Source: Oopsacas minuta (lineage: Eukaryota; Animalia; Porifera). Taken from it: 64,000 nt of DNA. The notes under the pieces are model-generated. The model had not been told where the DNA came from. It saw nothing but the letters and a program-made list of their open reading frames with translations, and searched no databases. The stretch's first letter is position 1. Every line of letters begins with the position of its first letter. The stretch spans positions 451,143 to 515,142 of the forward strand of contig JAKMXF010000301.1 in NCBI GenBank assembly GCA_024704765.1. Reading direction: 5' to 3'. Shown piece after piece: positions 1-11,710 of the stretch. A program made the position numbers and the translations under genes.

Positions 1-139
1 AATAAAATTATGAAACATAATTATTTTTATCTAAAATAATAAGAAAATTTATCTAAACAACTATGGCACAACTGCACAATATTGCACACCTCCTACTATG
101 TGACAAGAATTGCTATACATCGATGTTTGCGCGTCTAAG

Positions 140-242
140 ATCAAAATATTTTCTGGGGGCGCTTGCCCCCAAGACACTCCCTTACAGTAGCTTGCTTCGC
201 TCACTCAAGAGCACCCCTCACGATAATCTGGATAAGCCACTG
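140..242. mobile_element. Right end of a GC-rich MITE-like element (ends ...GGATAAGCCACTG; left end not located)
   Basis: GC-rich island with a GGGGGCGCTTGCCCCC hairpin, ending in a CAGTGGC-type terminus on the minus strand. No partner TIR found in the window. Confidence 0.35.
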
Positions 243-2222
243 AAATGTACCGATGATATTATAGAGAATAATCAAAATGTGATTAATACATGGGTAATTA
301 TAGTGAAAGGTATATAGTTACGGTGTCTGTATATTCCTAGAATGTAAATATTTAAATTTGATCTTTGCGAAAAATGCGTCAATTACACAAAATTTAGAAC
401 AGAGTATAATTTGAGAAATTTGTTCTTTATACTTAACACAGTAGGCATCTAGATAGAAATAGGATAATTATTCGTAACTCCAGATTAATGAATTCATTGT
501 CTCTATTGAATTTACCATACTTTTAAACATCTTTTCATATTGATTCATGTATTTTCTGGTAGAAATGTTGTGGCCAATATCATCATTATTTTAGGAATTT
601 CAGTTATTGCTTCAAAATATGTGTACTTCAATCACATAATACTAAAATACTCCTTTGATATTGATAGAATTTCTACTCGAACATTTGAACAAATATTTGA
701 TCTTGTAAGGTAATTTATTCCTATGAATCGAACATCATAAGTAATGTGTTTAGTTTTCATCTAATTGTGGTGGAAAAATTTGTTTCCTTTTGTTACTCAT
801 AATCTCTTTATATATATAATGCATATTTGATTTTATAGTCAATAATTATATAGGTTTTATCCCGTATGGAAGTGCACAATATATTCTGTACCATTTGTAA
901 GCATCTATGTATCTTCTTAAAATTCAAATGCGATGCTATTTAAATCTCTGAATGCAATCAAAGATGAAGTATGATTAATGAATATAATTACCTCATTTAT
1001 AATCTTTATGTGTTTTTAATTCTCATATAATCTATACATCATCTAACTGTTTCTTAGAAAATCTACCTAAAATTATTAGTAAGGTAATTAAAATATCATT
1101 CAACAGATATATAACACAGAATCCATCCATACAATTGTGTCATTGCTGTTTCGGTTATACTCAAGGATGGAAATACAAATACTTTTCATAGTGCTGTTAA
1201 CACCATAAGTAAAAGGTTGCTGTTCACAACAAATCTCAAATAGTTTTGTAGACCAGGACAATTTGTTTAAAATCATGCTGATGAGAATATACGACATACA
1301 GTCTACAATATGTGAGTTCCAAAAGAGATGGATACAGTTATTCTAGTGTGCATACTAATGAGATATATAACGGCGTAGTCAAATTGACTTCTCGACGATT
1401 TTTTGAGGAAAAGTTTTTCTGTTCACTCCAACTATCCTACTTTTATTTTAAATTGTTTTCAACTCTTACCAGCTACAAACCCTCTTTTTGCAGCTTAGAA
1501 CACCAAGCATTTGGAAATTGCCGTGGTTAGTTCTTGAGAAAGGTGATATTCACTTTTAACAATGCTGCTAACAACAATTTTCATCCTGTTACCAGTTGCC
1601 AGTTATATCATCTCTTCCAGAACTTTTGTATTACAACTGTTAAAAACTTGAATAGAAGGCGAAGGACGGTGCAAGTCATTCCGTGAGAATTGCTCTGAAA
1701 TAGTAATGAGAATATTGCACTAAAATTACAATAATGGAAATATTTTGATTGTGTTCATTTCCACATAACTCTTTAATCCTCTTATACTTTCAACCTACGA
1801 TAATGATACCTTGTATTCGACCTCTACGCCATTTAAGCTCTATAACTATAAGGTTTGTTAATCTCTCCTAAATTTTACGTACATTCGAAGCAAATTATTT
1901 GGCCCGTTTGGCCCACCCTATACTTATCATTTTAAAAAATATTAATTCATTTAGAAGTAGCGATCGGAAATCTGACCATTTTAACAAAGTGGGGATTAAG
2001 AATAATAAGCTTCTGATCATAAATAGTCGTTGAAAGTAGCTAAGCCATAACTTACTAACCAAAGGGAATGCAAAAAAATATTTGGTATTATTTCCTAACA
2101 CGAAAAGGGAAACTTTATTCCAAATATAATGGAATGAACTTCTTTACTCGTGTAATAATGATTCCCGTGAATATCTCAGATTAAGCAAATATCTTACCAA
2201 AATATTTCCCTTTACATACGTG

Positions 2223-4070
2223 CATAGCCTACATAATATACTGCTATATATGTTACAATTTATAGACCCATAATAGAAGCCAGATTTGCGAAATGTAAAT
2301 TGACAAATGGGGGTGTTCAACCTTACATTGTTATTTTCTGTTATGCGTTTTCAACTTCTTTCTTACTTATGATATGTTTCCTTCTGAAATTTACTTCAGC
2401 TGATTGAAAATGGTGAACCATTGGGCTGCAGTTAAATGCAAAACTGGTTACACCAGTGATAGTAGTTAGAAAAGCATTGCACATTTCTTTTCCACCAAAC
2501 CCAGATGTATATAAACGAAGGATCCTTTGAATAATCTTGCTATTTGGAATCTAACCAAACACTCAGTAATATGCGAACTTCGCTTTAAAGAAAGATTTCT
2601 TAGTCTTGGTGAAAATGCAACCTAAAATGGCATTTGAATCATGTACCATCAATATATCTGTCGAGTTAATGCAGAGTCTATTGTCCATTCCAATACCAAC
2701 AACTAGCAATCCTCGAAGAAAAAGAGCCTATTGGGAAGATGAATTAGAGACATTCAATGAAATATCATTGGTACTATATATGCTCTGAAAGATTTAGGGA
2801 TAAATTACACCAATCTGGAGAATTATTAGGTTTTCTGGAGGCAACCATAGCTATGGAATAACATAGTATGTTCACAACTTTGGGACTAGAAATTCAGTAC
2901 AGTAAATAATATTATTAACATAAATATTAACAATTATTATATGAATGTGGCTGGGAAGCAATAAGAGCAACATAATGCATGTTAACACCGACTTGTCACA
3001 GTGAGCATTTTAGTAAACCAAAATGAAGTAATGAAGCTTTTGACAATATTGTTAATAGACGAAACGCTAATGCACTAACACCACAGTAGTTAATGAGGTC
3101 GGAGTAACGGTAATGCTGTGAGCTCTGAATCAGTGTATTCATCAAACTTAATTGCAGACCACTGCAATATGAATTTCAATAATTTAGTAATCGACGAAAC
3201 GCTCAATTTTCTAAGATTTCGAGTCGATTAAATCAACAGAAAATTACACGTTCAACTCCAATACAATTGTATTCTACTTACACTACCACAATGGTTTGTT
3301 CAAGGACATAACGTACAACTCCAAAAAATTAGCATGTTAGTAAATTTTCCTTCATATATAAGCAATACAGCAGCTGAAAACTAGTATTCCATTTCCGAGG
3401 AACTGAAGAGAGGCAGTATTATCGAGCCAAGGTAGACCTGCGTATTTTGTAGCTATTATTCACTATACTCTTCAGTTAAGACATACCGCCTTACAAGCAG
3501 ACAAGTTGTCACTGGAAATTACTCGGATTTCCAAATAATATAGCACACCCCAAAAATAAAGGTTAGAAGAAATACCCATTCAATGATATTGTGCATGGGG
3601 TTAAGAACATTCGAAACAATTTATTGAATTGAACAAAATTGCTTCCAGAATTTATCTACAATGAAATTTGCACATTAAAATTCATTACCCAGCAGGCTAC
3701 ATTCGTTTGGGGGAATATATAATTGAAAAATAAAGAACTGAAAGGAAATCTGAGAAGAACCACGAAACTATAATATCGAGAACTACATCCTGGTGAGAAC
3801 AAGTAAAATCCACCTCTAGCATTAGCTATAATAGATGAAACCTCCATTGCAACTACTAAAAGTTATTTTCTTGGCAGACCGGATGTGATCAAAATCATAA
3901 TGCAGTTACCTTTATTTATGAAATCTTTCCCAATCGAAACAACGAGATTATCGAAAGAAAATTGACAAAGCGATAAAAAATGCGAGGAGTGCAAAGCTTC
4001 ATTAGCTGCACGTGATAATGATGTCAACAATGATTCTTATCTAGCACTCCTATCTCGTTGCGGTCTATTC
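2223..4070 (+). pseudogene. Degraded, internally deleted THAP/P-element (THAP9-like) transposase remnant
   Basis: Manual translation across frames gives MVNH[W]AAVKCKTGY...LTKHSVICEL[R]F...LKWHLNHVPSIY (THAP, from 2410), LPQWFVQGHNVQL...ENxYSISEEL (about 3280-3400), DIVHGVKNIRNNLL (about 3585), and LHPGENK.NPPLALAIIDET (about 3780-3840). CATAGCCTACATAA at 2223 resembles the terminus of the P-like element at 16626. Confidence 0.75.
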
Positions 4071-5082
4071 GTGCTATTACAAATTCTTTCTCAGTTTGTT
4101 TGCATAATACTAGATATCATTGAAAAGGATATTCTAACGACTTCAATTCTTGTTAAATAAGCAGCAACTGTTTACATGCAAGGAACACATAGATTCGGGA
4201 TTTACTTTGCCACTAAACAGTTATAAATAAATAGTTCAACAGCAACAGAAGATTGCAGCATATTAATTTCGAAAATATACTATCAGCGGATTCAAGAAAT
4301 AACAGTAAATAAATAAATATTAAACTTTAGGATTTCTGTTTAGCGAAGTAGATTAACTTCAAATATTCCCTTCGTTGTTTCCATATACCAAATAATGCCA
4401 TCCTTCAATTATTCCATAAGCTATCATTCAAAGTGGCCATATGGGGTTGGGAATTCATGAGTTCTAATTAAAAAACTGGTCTTATATTTTTGCCATTAAA
4501 ATGTGACATCCAAGGCCATATATTTAGTTGACCATGAATGAACCTATGACATTGCAGCGAATGAGTAAATTTCAATCTGAAGTAATACGAGCCCTTTGCT
4601 CGTCGCTTCTCGATGAATACGGCGCATTGCACCTCGAGGTATCCATAATCCTCAAAATAGATGGCCCCTTTGACTATTATAACATAAATATATCTAGAAC
4701 AATGAAATTCACATATATACTATAGAATTATTTTGTAAGATCAAACCTCTTTATAGTCTTTGAGACCAAGTATCTATGGAAATTTAGAGATTTTGTTAAT
4801 ATGCTTTCTATATATTCAAGAAAACAACAATAAATTAACATATGAGAAACTTGAAAATGCGAAAATTGGATTAAGCACACTGTGTTACCCCGTGTATCCG
4901 ATTAGAGCAAGCCTATTCATAACAACAACAATGCATTTACATATCAACGGACAACAACAATTGAGATCGAATAATATAGATGTTGTTTACAATATCAAAT
5001 TCACAGCATACACGATTACCCCAGTATAGTCGTTGAAAGTATGATTTTGCCCCAATTTTGAATATGTTGCAGTGTATTAGAG

Positions 5083-5130
5083 TTTAGTGTATACGCGTAT
5101 ACACTAAATGTTTCGGGTGTACGCGTACAC
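5083..5130. repeat. Two adjacent perfect palindromes (26 bp and 14 bp) centred on ACGCGT
   Basis: TTTAGTGTATACGCGTATACACTAAA (5083-5108) and GTGTACGCGTACAC (5117-5130) are each self-complementary. Confidence 0.9.
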
Positions 5131-8100
5131 ACGAATATAGGAGCGGGAAAGAGTATACAATTTATGACAATATATTTGTGTGTTCGAATACTTTTGTCCC
5201 CTGACTGTATATGGATTAAGGAATCATAGGAGAGCTAGTAGCTCCTCTAGATGGATGGTCATTGACGATAATATATTGGGGAGCGGAAAAATCGAGGATA
5301 TTTCACTATTACCACAAAACAAATGGGCCCACGTCACACATCATCCATGCTATCAGGCATTTCCCCAAATAAGTTTGAACCCTTCTTTAACAATCATTAG
5401 AGGGTTATGCTACAATTCGTACAAGTGAACTTGTAACAAGTTCTAACATAAAGATTTTATTCGAACATGGGTCAAATCAGTCTGAAAATGAACTTGACAT
5501 GCTCTAAGATGTTAAATCCACCCAATGATAAATCTTAGTGTTAGAGGAGCAAAAAATTCCAAAAATGTCCGATTCTGAAACTTTTCTGAAAAGAAAATTT
5601 CAGAAATCCAAAATAGATTTTAAAACTATAGGATGGAAAGTGTTGTAACTTGCGATACAATATAATAGTAAGGGACTTATAGTGTGGAATGTTTCAAACA
5701 ATCTGAAGATGTTTGCTGAAATCATTAAATGGGTTGACAATAATTCCCCAGAGTAGAAAATCATAATATATTACAATTGACCTAATATCTGGCACCTCGA
5801 GGGAATAAAATGTGGGGTCTTTAAATAATAACACACAGTAAATTACGAGAAAGAAATTTCCAGCAATTCCAAAGCATAGATATCGCGAGATGACAGCAAA
5901 AACTAAAATAGATGTGCTATTATGAGATAGTTATGTATTGTTCTTACGATTCACATATCATTAGGCAAATATATCTACTGTTAACAAACTTGATAAATCG
6001 TGAGTCTAACTTGATACTTTTTAAGACACTTTCTTAAACCATTAAAATTATATTTTCATAAATTTCGCTCCTCCTCGACCTTGATTCGATAAGAATATTA
6101 TTATCTCGTTATAGGGATAGTTTAAAGGAAATTTAGCTTTCAAGGGTGGTAAACTTTCAGAATGATCATAACACAATTTAATGGTACAAAGATAGAATCA
6201 ATTTCGACGTAGCTTGGCGCTATGACATATTCCTTACGAAACTGAAAAATATGCGTACATATTTTTCGATTTTAGAAATTAATCTGACGAAATGGCAGAA
6301 GGACAGGGCACAATTATGGCGCATGTAGAAATAATCATCCCGTTGTTGAATATGCAAAAGAATTTATCCCAATCAAAACGCATAATGAAGACGTTGTTAG
6401 CCACAGTTTTGTTGTAAACCTTGAAGGGGAGATGAAAGATATTGGAATATATCGCAATTTTTGATTGGGCGTCATAACTGACAAAAAACCTGGCAGTCAT
6501 AGTCACCACAATCTCAATTTTTCGTATTCTCTTTAAATTATCAGTAATCGAACGACCAGCAAGATGGTCTAAATACGTGGAAAGACCCAATTGACTCTTT
6601 TGAGTCAGCTGAGGAAATGACATCGGGTAAATTATGTCGTTAAAGTGGCCAGATAACCGAAAATGCATGTCCTTTCGCTCAGCAAATTGTAAACCACACT
6701 GTAAATCAATCACTGAAAATTGAATTGAAACCACAAATTGAGATAATGGATGACAATGACTGAGAATTTGTGCCACTTTAGGGGCTAAAATCATAAATTG
6801 AATATATTCCAAGATTCTTGATCTTCCGTATGATCAAAATCAAAACTGTAACCCACGGTGTTGTCTTGAAAAGAAAATGGGTCGATATGAATCAATACCT
6901 TTGAACATTCAAGAAACGGGAACATTATCTCTACAAGCACAAGAAATTATGAACTGCCCTTCTGCATTCTCCCTCGTAAAATTCACCAAAATGAACATGT
7001 TTACATAAATTATTCATTTTCATCAAGGTATAAGCTTTCCCAAAAGATATAACACTCCCTTCTACAAGATTCGGGGGAGAATCCTACTATGATTTATAAA
7101 AAGTTTAGGATAAAGCAGAAAACGTCATGCAATCACTCATGCAACTGTAGTATATCAATACAAATATCTAAGAAAACTTATCCTGACAAATATGACAGAA
7201 ATGCCTACATATACCTTTTACAAGAGATAACAATTTTAGGAGTGTGCTCGGATAGTGATGAATCAGCGATAACTTTGGGGGGATTTGTTTGAAGTGTGTT
7301 CTCTGAAGAAGCAATAAATACCTCAGTGGTTGAGTTAGGTATCCGAATTTCTCTTAAAGCGTATAGATCGGAGTCGCACCATATCATATTTAACTGTCGA
7401 ATTGATTGAATCTATTAGAAAAAATAATAAGAATCTACAGAATTTACATTAAGTTTAGGAATGAGGTTTCTATAATGAATCGGGATACACAATATTGCTA
7501 TTTCCAATAATCAAGATATCCAATAATTATGCTAAGAGGGTTTTCGGAGGCAAAAACTATACCTTATAGCTATTTTTCTAATCAAGACTTGAAAAGTATT
7601 TCAAAATCTGAAACCTGAATAGGAATTAGTTTATGCACAATATTCACATTATTGCAATCAATTTATCGGGCTGGTTTGAAACAAAATGTATACAGGCAGC
7701 CCTTGCAGGGGGGGGTTACGTTACTCAAAATCGTCTCGATTGGCAAAATCGCCAACAGTAAGAAGTTAGTTCAGTTAAATAGTGGGGTTAAGTTCCTAGA
7801 TTGCAAAATTACTAACAATAAGTGAGACTAAACATGATCGGAATGTATAATTACGCAATAATAATGAGTAATCAATAGGTGTGTGAACAGAAGAGGGTGA
7901 ACTAGTTGATTTCATTAAGAGAAGGTTATTTTCACGTGTTGAAAATATCACAAAAACACCAGAATAGTTGAACTAGATAAAATGTCCAATGTGAGTCGGC
8001 TGTTTTTCGAGAAAATAAATTGAATTACTATCAGAGTGAATACATCGCGAACGGAAAACTAGCGAACTGCGAGGAGTGCTGTACAATATCAAAATGGCCT

Positions 8101-8322
8101 TAGCCAGGTTCTCAGGGCAATTAGGCAAAAATACAGTGTACAAAATGGCAAATCGGGTAGGATTTATACACCATCTAGGGCAGTGGTTCCCAAACTTATA
8201 TACCTAGCGACCCACTTTTAATTCACCAAAAACCTCGCGACACCCCAAAGTTAACTAGGATTATCTAATAATTCATGATCAATTCAGTAGTATTATGATA
8301 TGATATCATTAATAAATGTTTT

Positions 8323-8404
8323 CTAATGTGAAGGATGTAGTTGTTTCTGCTTAACTAACTCTTGTATTTCGGACTCTGTGGTAGAGAGTGCTCAACGTAG
8401 GTCG
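8323..8404 (-). pseudogene. Separated C-terminal tail of the Buster transposase
   Basis: The minus strand reads DLR*ALSTTESEIQELVKQKQLHPSH*, the typical Buster C-terminus continuing from ...VEDD on the far side of the nested element. Confidence 0.88.
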
Positions 8405-11400
8405 CACAGTGGTTTAATAGGGTAGTTAATAAAGAATAGCTATTTTGGTGTGAGATAGCCATATGAAATGTATCATCTATAATAGATTATTATATATAAG
8501 GAACCAATACATCTTGTGATAACAAGTATATGGTCTAAAATTTCCAAGTCATGACGTCATTGATATATGTAAAATTTTAAATTTTCTTCAATAAATACAT
8601 TTTACTCGACTTTATCACCAAGAAATCTATTAATTACATATGGGTTATCCGTATTTGGCAATCACCTTGAACTTAAAATTTTGTTGTAGGGCTTGTATTT
8701 ATAGAGTCATAACGTCTTCAGAAATATGACGCCACACTTATGATGGAATTTATCTTATTGATTTACAAAATATACATCATATTCCTACTTAAGCTCATGA
8801 TAAGTAATCTGTATTGGAGGTTAAAGTCGTGAATAAAGTCTGTATACTAGTTTTCTGATTGTTCATAGCATTGCAGCATTTAGATCTCGTTGTGTGTCCA
8901 GATCGACCACATCGTTCACAAGTCAAAATTCTTCGATAGTCTACTAAGTTTGGATCACTTTGAGAGGTTAATCTGACGAAGATATCCATAATATTGGTCT
9001 CAAAACTAACTTTACGAGCTAAATTCTCCCGATATTTTCTAACTAATTTGTTGCATGATTCTGTGCCTTCTTCTGAAAATGCCTTTAAGCCATAGCTAGA
9101 ATTCGACTCATGTATTAACTCCTCGGAATGGGCCAAGAGCTTGTGCAGGGTTGGAGTCATGCTACTCCAGGGAAAGAATCTAAGATGACAAGGTAGGTAT
9201 CCTTGCACAATTTCTCCAATTCCAAAGTGTTAACCTTGTGACTTGAATTGAAAACTCGAAGAATGGCTGAAACCTGAGTATGTATCTTTGATAAGATTGG
9301 GCGATATTGTATTGCTACAGTTGATAGAATGCATTCAAGGTATTCAATTTCATCAGAAAAGGCTCTTCTAGCAACATTCCCTATTGAGGTGGTTCCACCG
9401 CTAGAATTGGCTGGTCAACCTTTAATCCTGCCTTCTCCTGAATAAATGTTTGAAGTAATTTCATTGACTCCTTGATAACTGGTGAAGTTGGGGACCAAGG
9501 AAACTTTTCGATGCGAAGATGATATACCAGCAAATTGAACCACCTAAAATTTGTTTAATTATGTGACGATTAATTCTGAATGGTTAATTGAGTACTAGAT
9601 TACTTACCTAAATACGCCTGTGTATGAATGAAGTGGAGATGCTGGATGTATGTTAACCTCTAAAATTGGTTGATGAGTTAAATTGAAGCGTTCATTAGTC
9701 GAAAGAGCAAAGAACGACTCAATGTCATCAATGTACGAAAATAACTCGATTGCATCTGTGATATTTCTGTTGATGGGGAACCCTTCAAGAACTAAATCCC
9801 GGTGCTTCAAATCTTTATATATGGCAGTGTACATCTGACAACTGACTCCTCCAGCTCCAGAGAGAATGGCTGCCATCTTCCCATCAAACATTGAGGGGAT
9901 AATATCGACATTGACAACACCATTTTCTAAAGGAATCCTATTTTGCAACATCGCTGTATCGGGATTAATCATAGTTTCCATGAAGGAACGAATATTTTCT
10001 TCGCATTCTGTCGCAGCGCAGAGAAAAATAGGTCTTTGAGAGAAGGGTGAATTAGGGGATTTATTCTGCCAAACAATCCTGTGTTGTTACAGTGTGGATG
10101 AAGATGGGCTCGAAACAAAACAGAATGAAGTTTTTGGTGAAAGTATTAGTTATCTGCTGGTTATAGATAGTGTGACAACCAGAACCATCTAAGCCATCTG
10201 CGATTTTAAATGTGAGTTGGAATTCTTCATTTGTGGGGCGATCTACCATTGACAATATTCTTCCAGGGTTTTCTGAACTTGAAGAAAATATGGTGCGTGT
10301 GTACCTATTGGTTTAGCTGGATTAGGATATAAAGTTATACTGGATCGCGAAATCATGATATCTCTCAGATTAGCTAGCTTGCTGTAAGATGGGAAATGTA
10401 TAATGTCTGGTAGAAGTGTTTGACGTAGTTGAGTGTATTTTCGGCTGCCCACTTAAGTAAATCCAGCAGAAATAGGGCTTTATCAACTGGAATATGCTTG
10501 TTACTGAGGTAACAGAGTCCTCCACTGACAATAATCTCTTTGGCTACCGTAGCAACCTGACGATTATTCTCCTCATTTGCCAATAGTTGTAATGAGAGTG
10601 CTGCAATGCATATTTCTGTAGTATTCTCAATAACTGAGAGTGACTTAATGCATCCTAGCAGACTTGACAATCGAGTACGCTGTTGCTGCAGAGAGAGATC
10701 ATCAAGATGCTTCCTATGACTCACTGAATGAATGGGAACTCCACCATCATCAGAAGACGACTCTAGTAAATCAGAAACACGATTTTTCTTTAACTCAGGT
10801 TTCATGGAATATTAGAATGCCACCATTCTCCTTCTAAACAATCTAAAGATCTCTTCGCCTTCTTGAATCTGTGCCGAATTCTTAACAGCAACGTTTCCAA
10901 GAGTTTCATGTTATCAGAGTTTATTTCAAAGTGTTCTTTGAAATATTTTGTCGTTTTCAAGACACCTATTATTGTCTTTCAGGATACTGGTCAATTCAAG
11001 GCGGGACTTGGGAAAGTTAACTCTTCTGTCATCGTTTTCAAGAAATTCAGAAAAATATTTTGTATTATTCAGTAGATTATATATATAAGTACTATAATAA
11101 ATTTCAAGAACCAAATTCAATACTATTTCATTCCATTGTTGCAGTATGCTACAATGGGAATTTCATAGCAACGAAAAGTTGTAATGGAATTTCATTGAAA
11201 ATTATAGGTTGCGCACTGTTTTGGGTTTGTGGTTTTAGATCATGTTTTTAGGAATCGTAATGCTTGTATACGATTAATTTTGCGCTGTTGTTTTGTGTTG
11301 TTATTTTCCTGACATTTTAAGTATTACTCCTTGCAAAAATTCTGTACGGATTTTACTAGATCTTAGAAATCTTATGTTCACGAAATATATACAAGATACA

Positions 11401-11710
11401 GTCATGGAAACAAGATATTTGGAATTGGCATAGTCGAAATGTATAAACAATAAAGTATACCAGATTAGTAACATTCGATTATGTAATTGCTCTTACAGGT
11501 TCATATGAAATTGGGGCTAAATTTAGAAATCATGAAGCCGCAATTTTCCTATAAATATTTCGCATCTTTGCTGAAGAAATTTTACAGCTTCTAGGGTCTC
11601 AATCGCTTAGATATTTTAAATGAGAATCATTTAAACAATATAAAATGAAATAAAACCATCAAAATGCGGAATCAATTTTTCGTCTATTAATTGCTTCTAA
11701 AACCACTGTG
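8405..11710 (-). mobile_element. RAG1-like / Transib-superfamily DNA transposon
   Basis: Both ends begin CACAGTGGTTT (8405 plus; 11710 minus). Flanks GGTCG/GATCA are a degenerate 5-bp TSD. The element encodes a RAG1-core-like transposase. Confidence 0.9.
8795..11120 (-). pseudogene. RAG1-core-like (Transib/RAG1L) transposase with at least 5 frameshifts and one GT-AG intron (9544-9607); 5' end uncertain
   Basis: Motifs in RAG1 order: RKHLDDLSLQQQRTRL (NBD-like), FKIADGLDGSG (D1), WQNKSPNSPFSQRPIFL, SMFDGKMAAILSGAGGVSCQM[Y] (D2, Zn CxxC), SPLHSYTGVFR|WFNLL, GNVARRAF, TPTLHKLLAHSEELI (Zn HxxxxH), SEEGTESCNKLVRKYRENLARK (E), SDP, CERCGRSGHTTRSKCC. Confidence 0.9.

Noticed and set aside
6250-7400. 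177-aa minus ORF (6279-6812) and possible plus-strand hAT remnant (MAHV-RNNHP, QQDG...DPI, LPSTRFG)
   Set aside because: The minus ORF has no recognisable motif and is probably an antisense shadow. The plus-strand motifs are too fragmentary and no TIRs were found.
8405-8450. 12/23 RSS nonamers next to the CACAGTG heptamers
   Set aside because: At 12 or 23 nt the 9-mers match ACAAAAACC at only 3-4 of 9 positions. The best match (ACGAAAAAT, 6/9) is at a 20-nt spacer on one end only.
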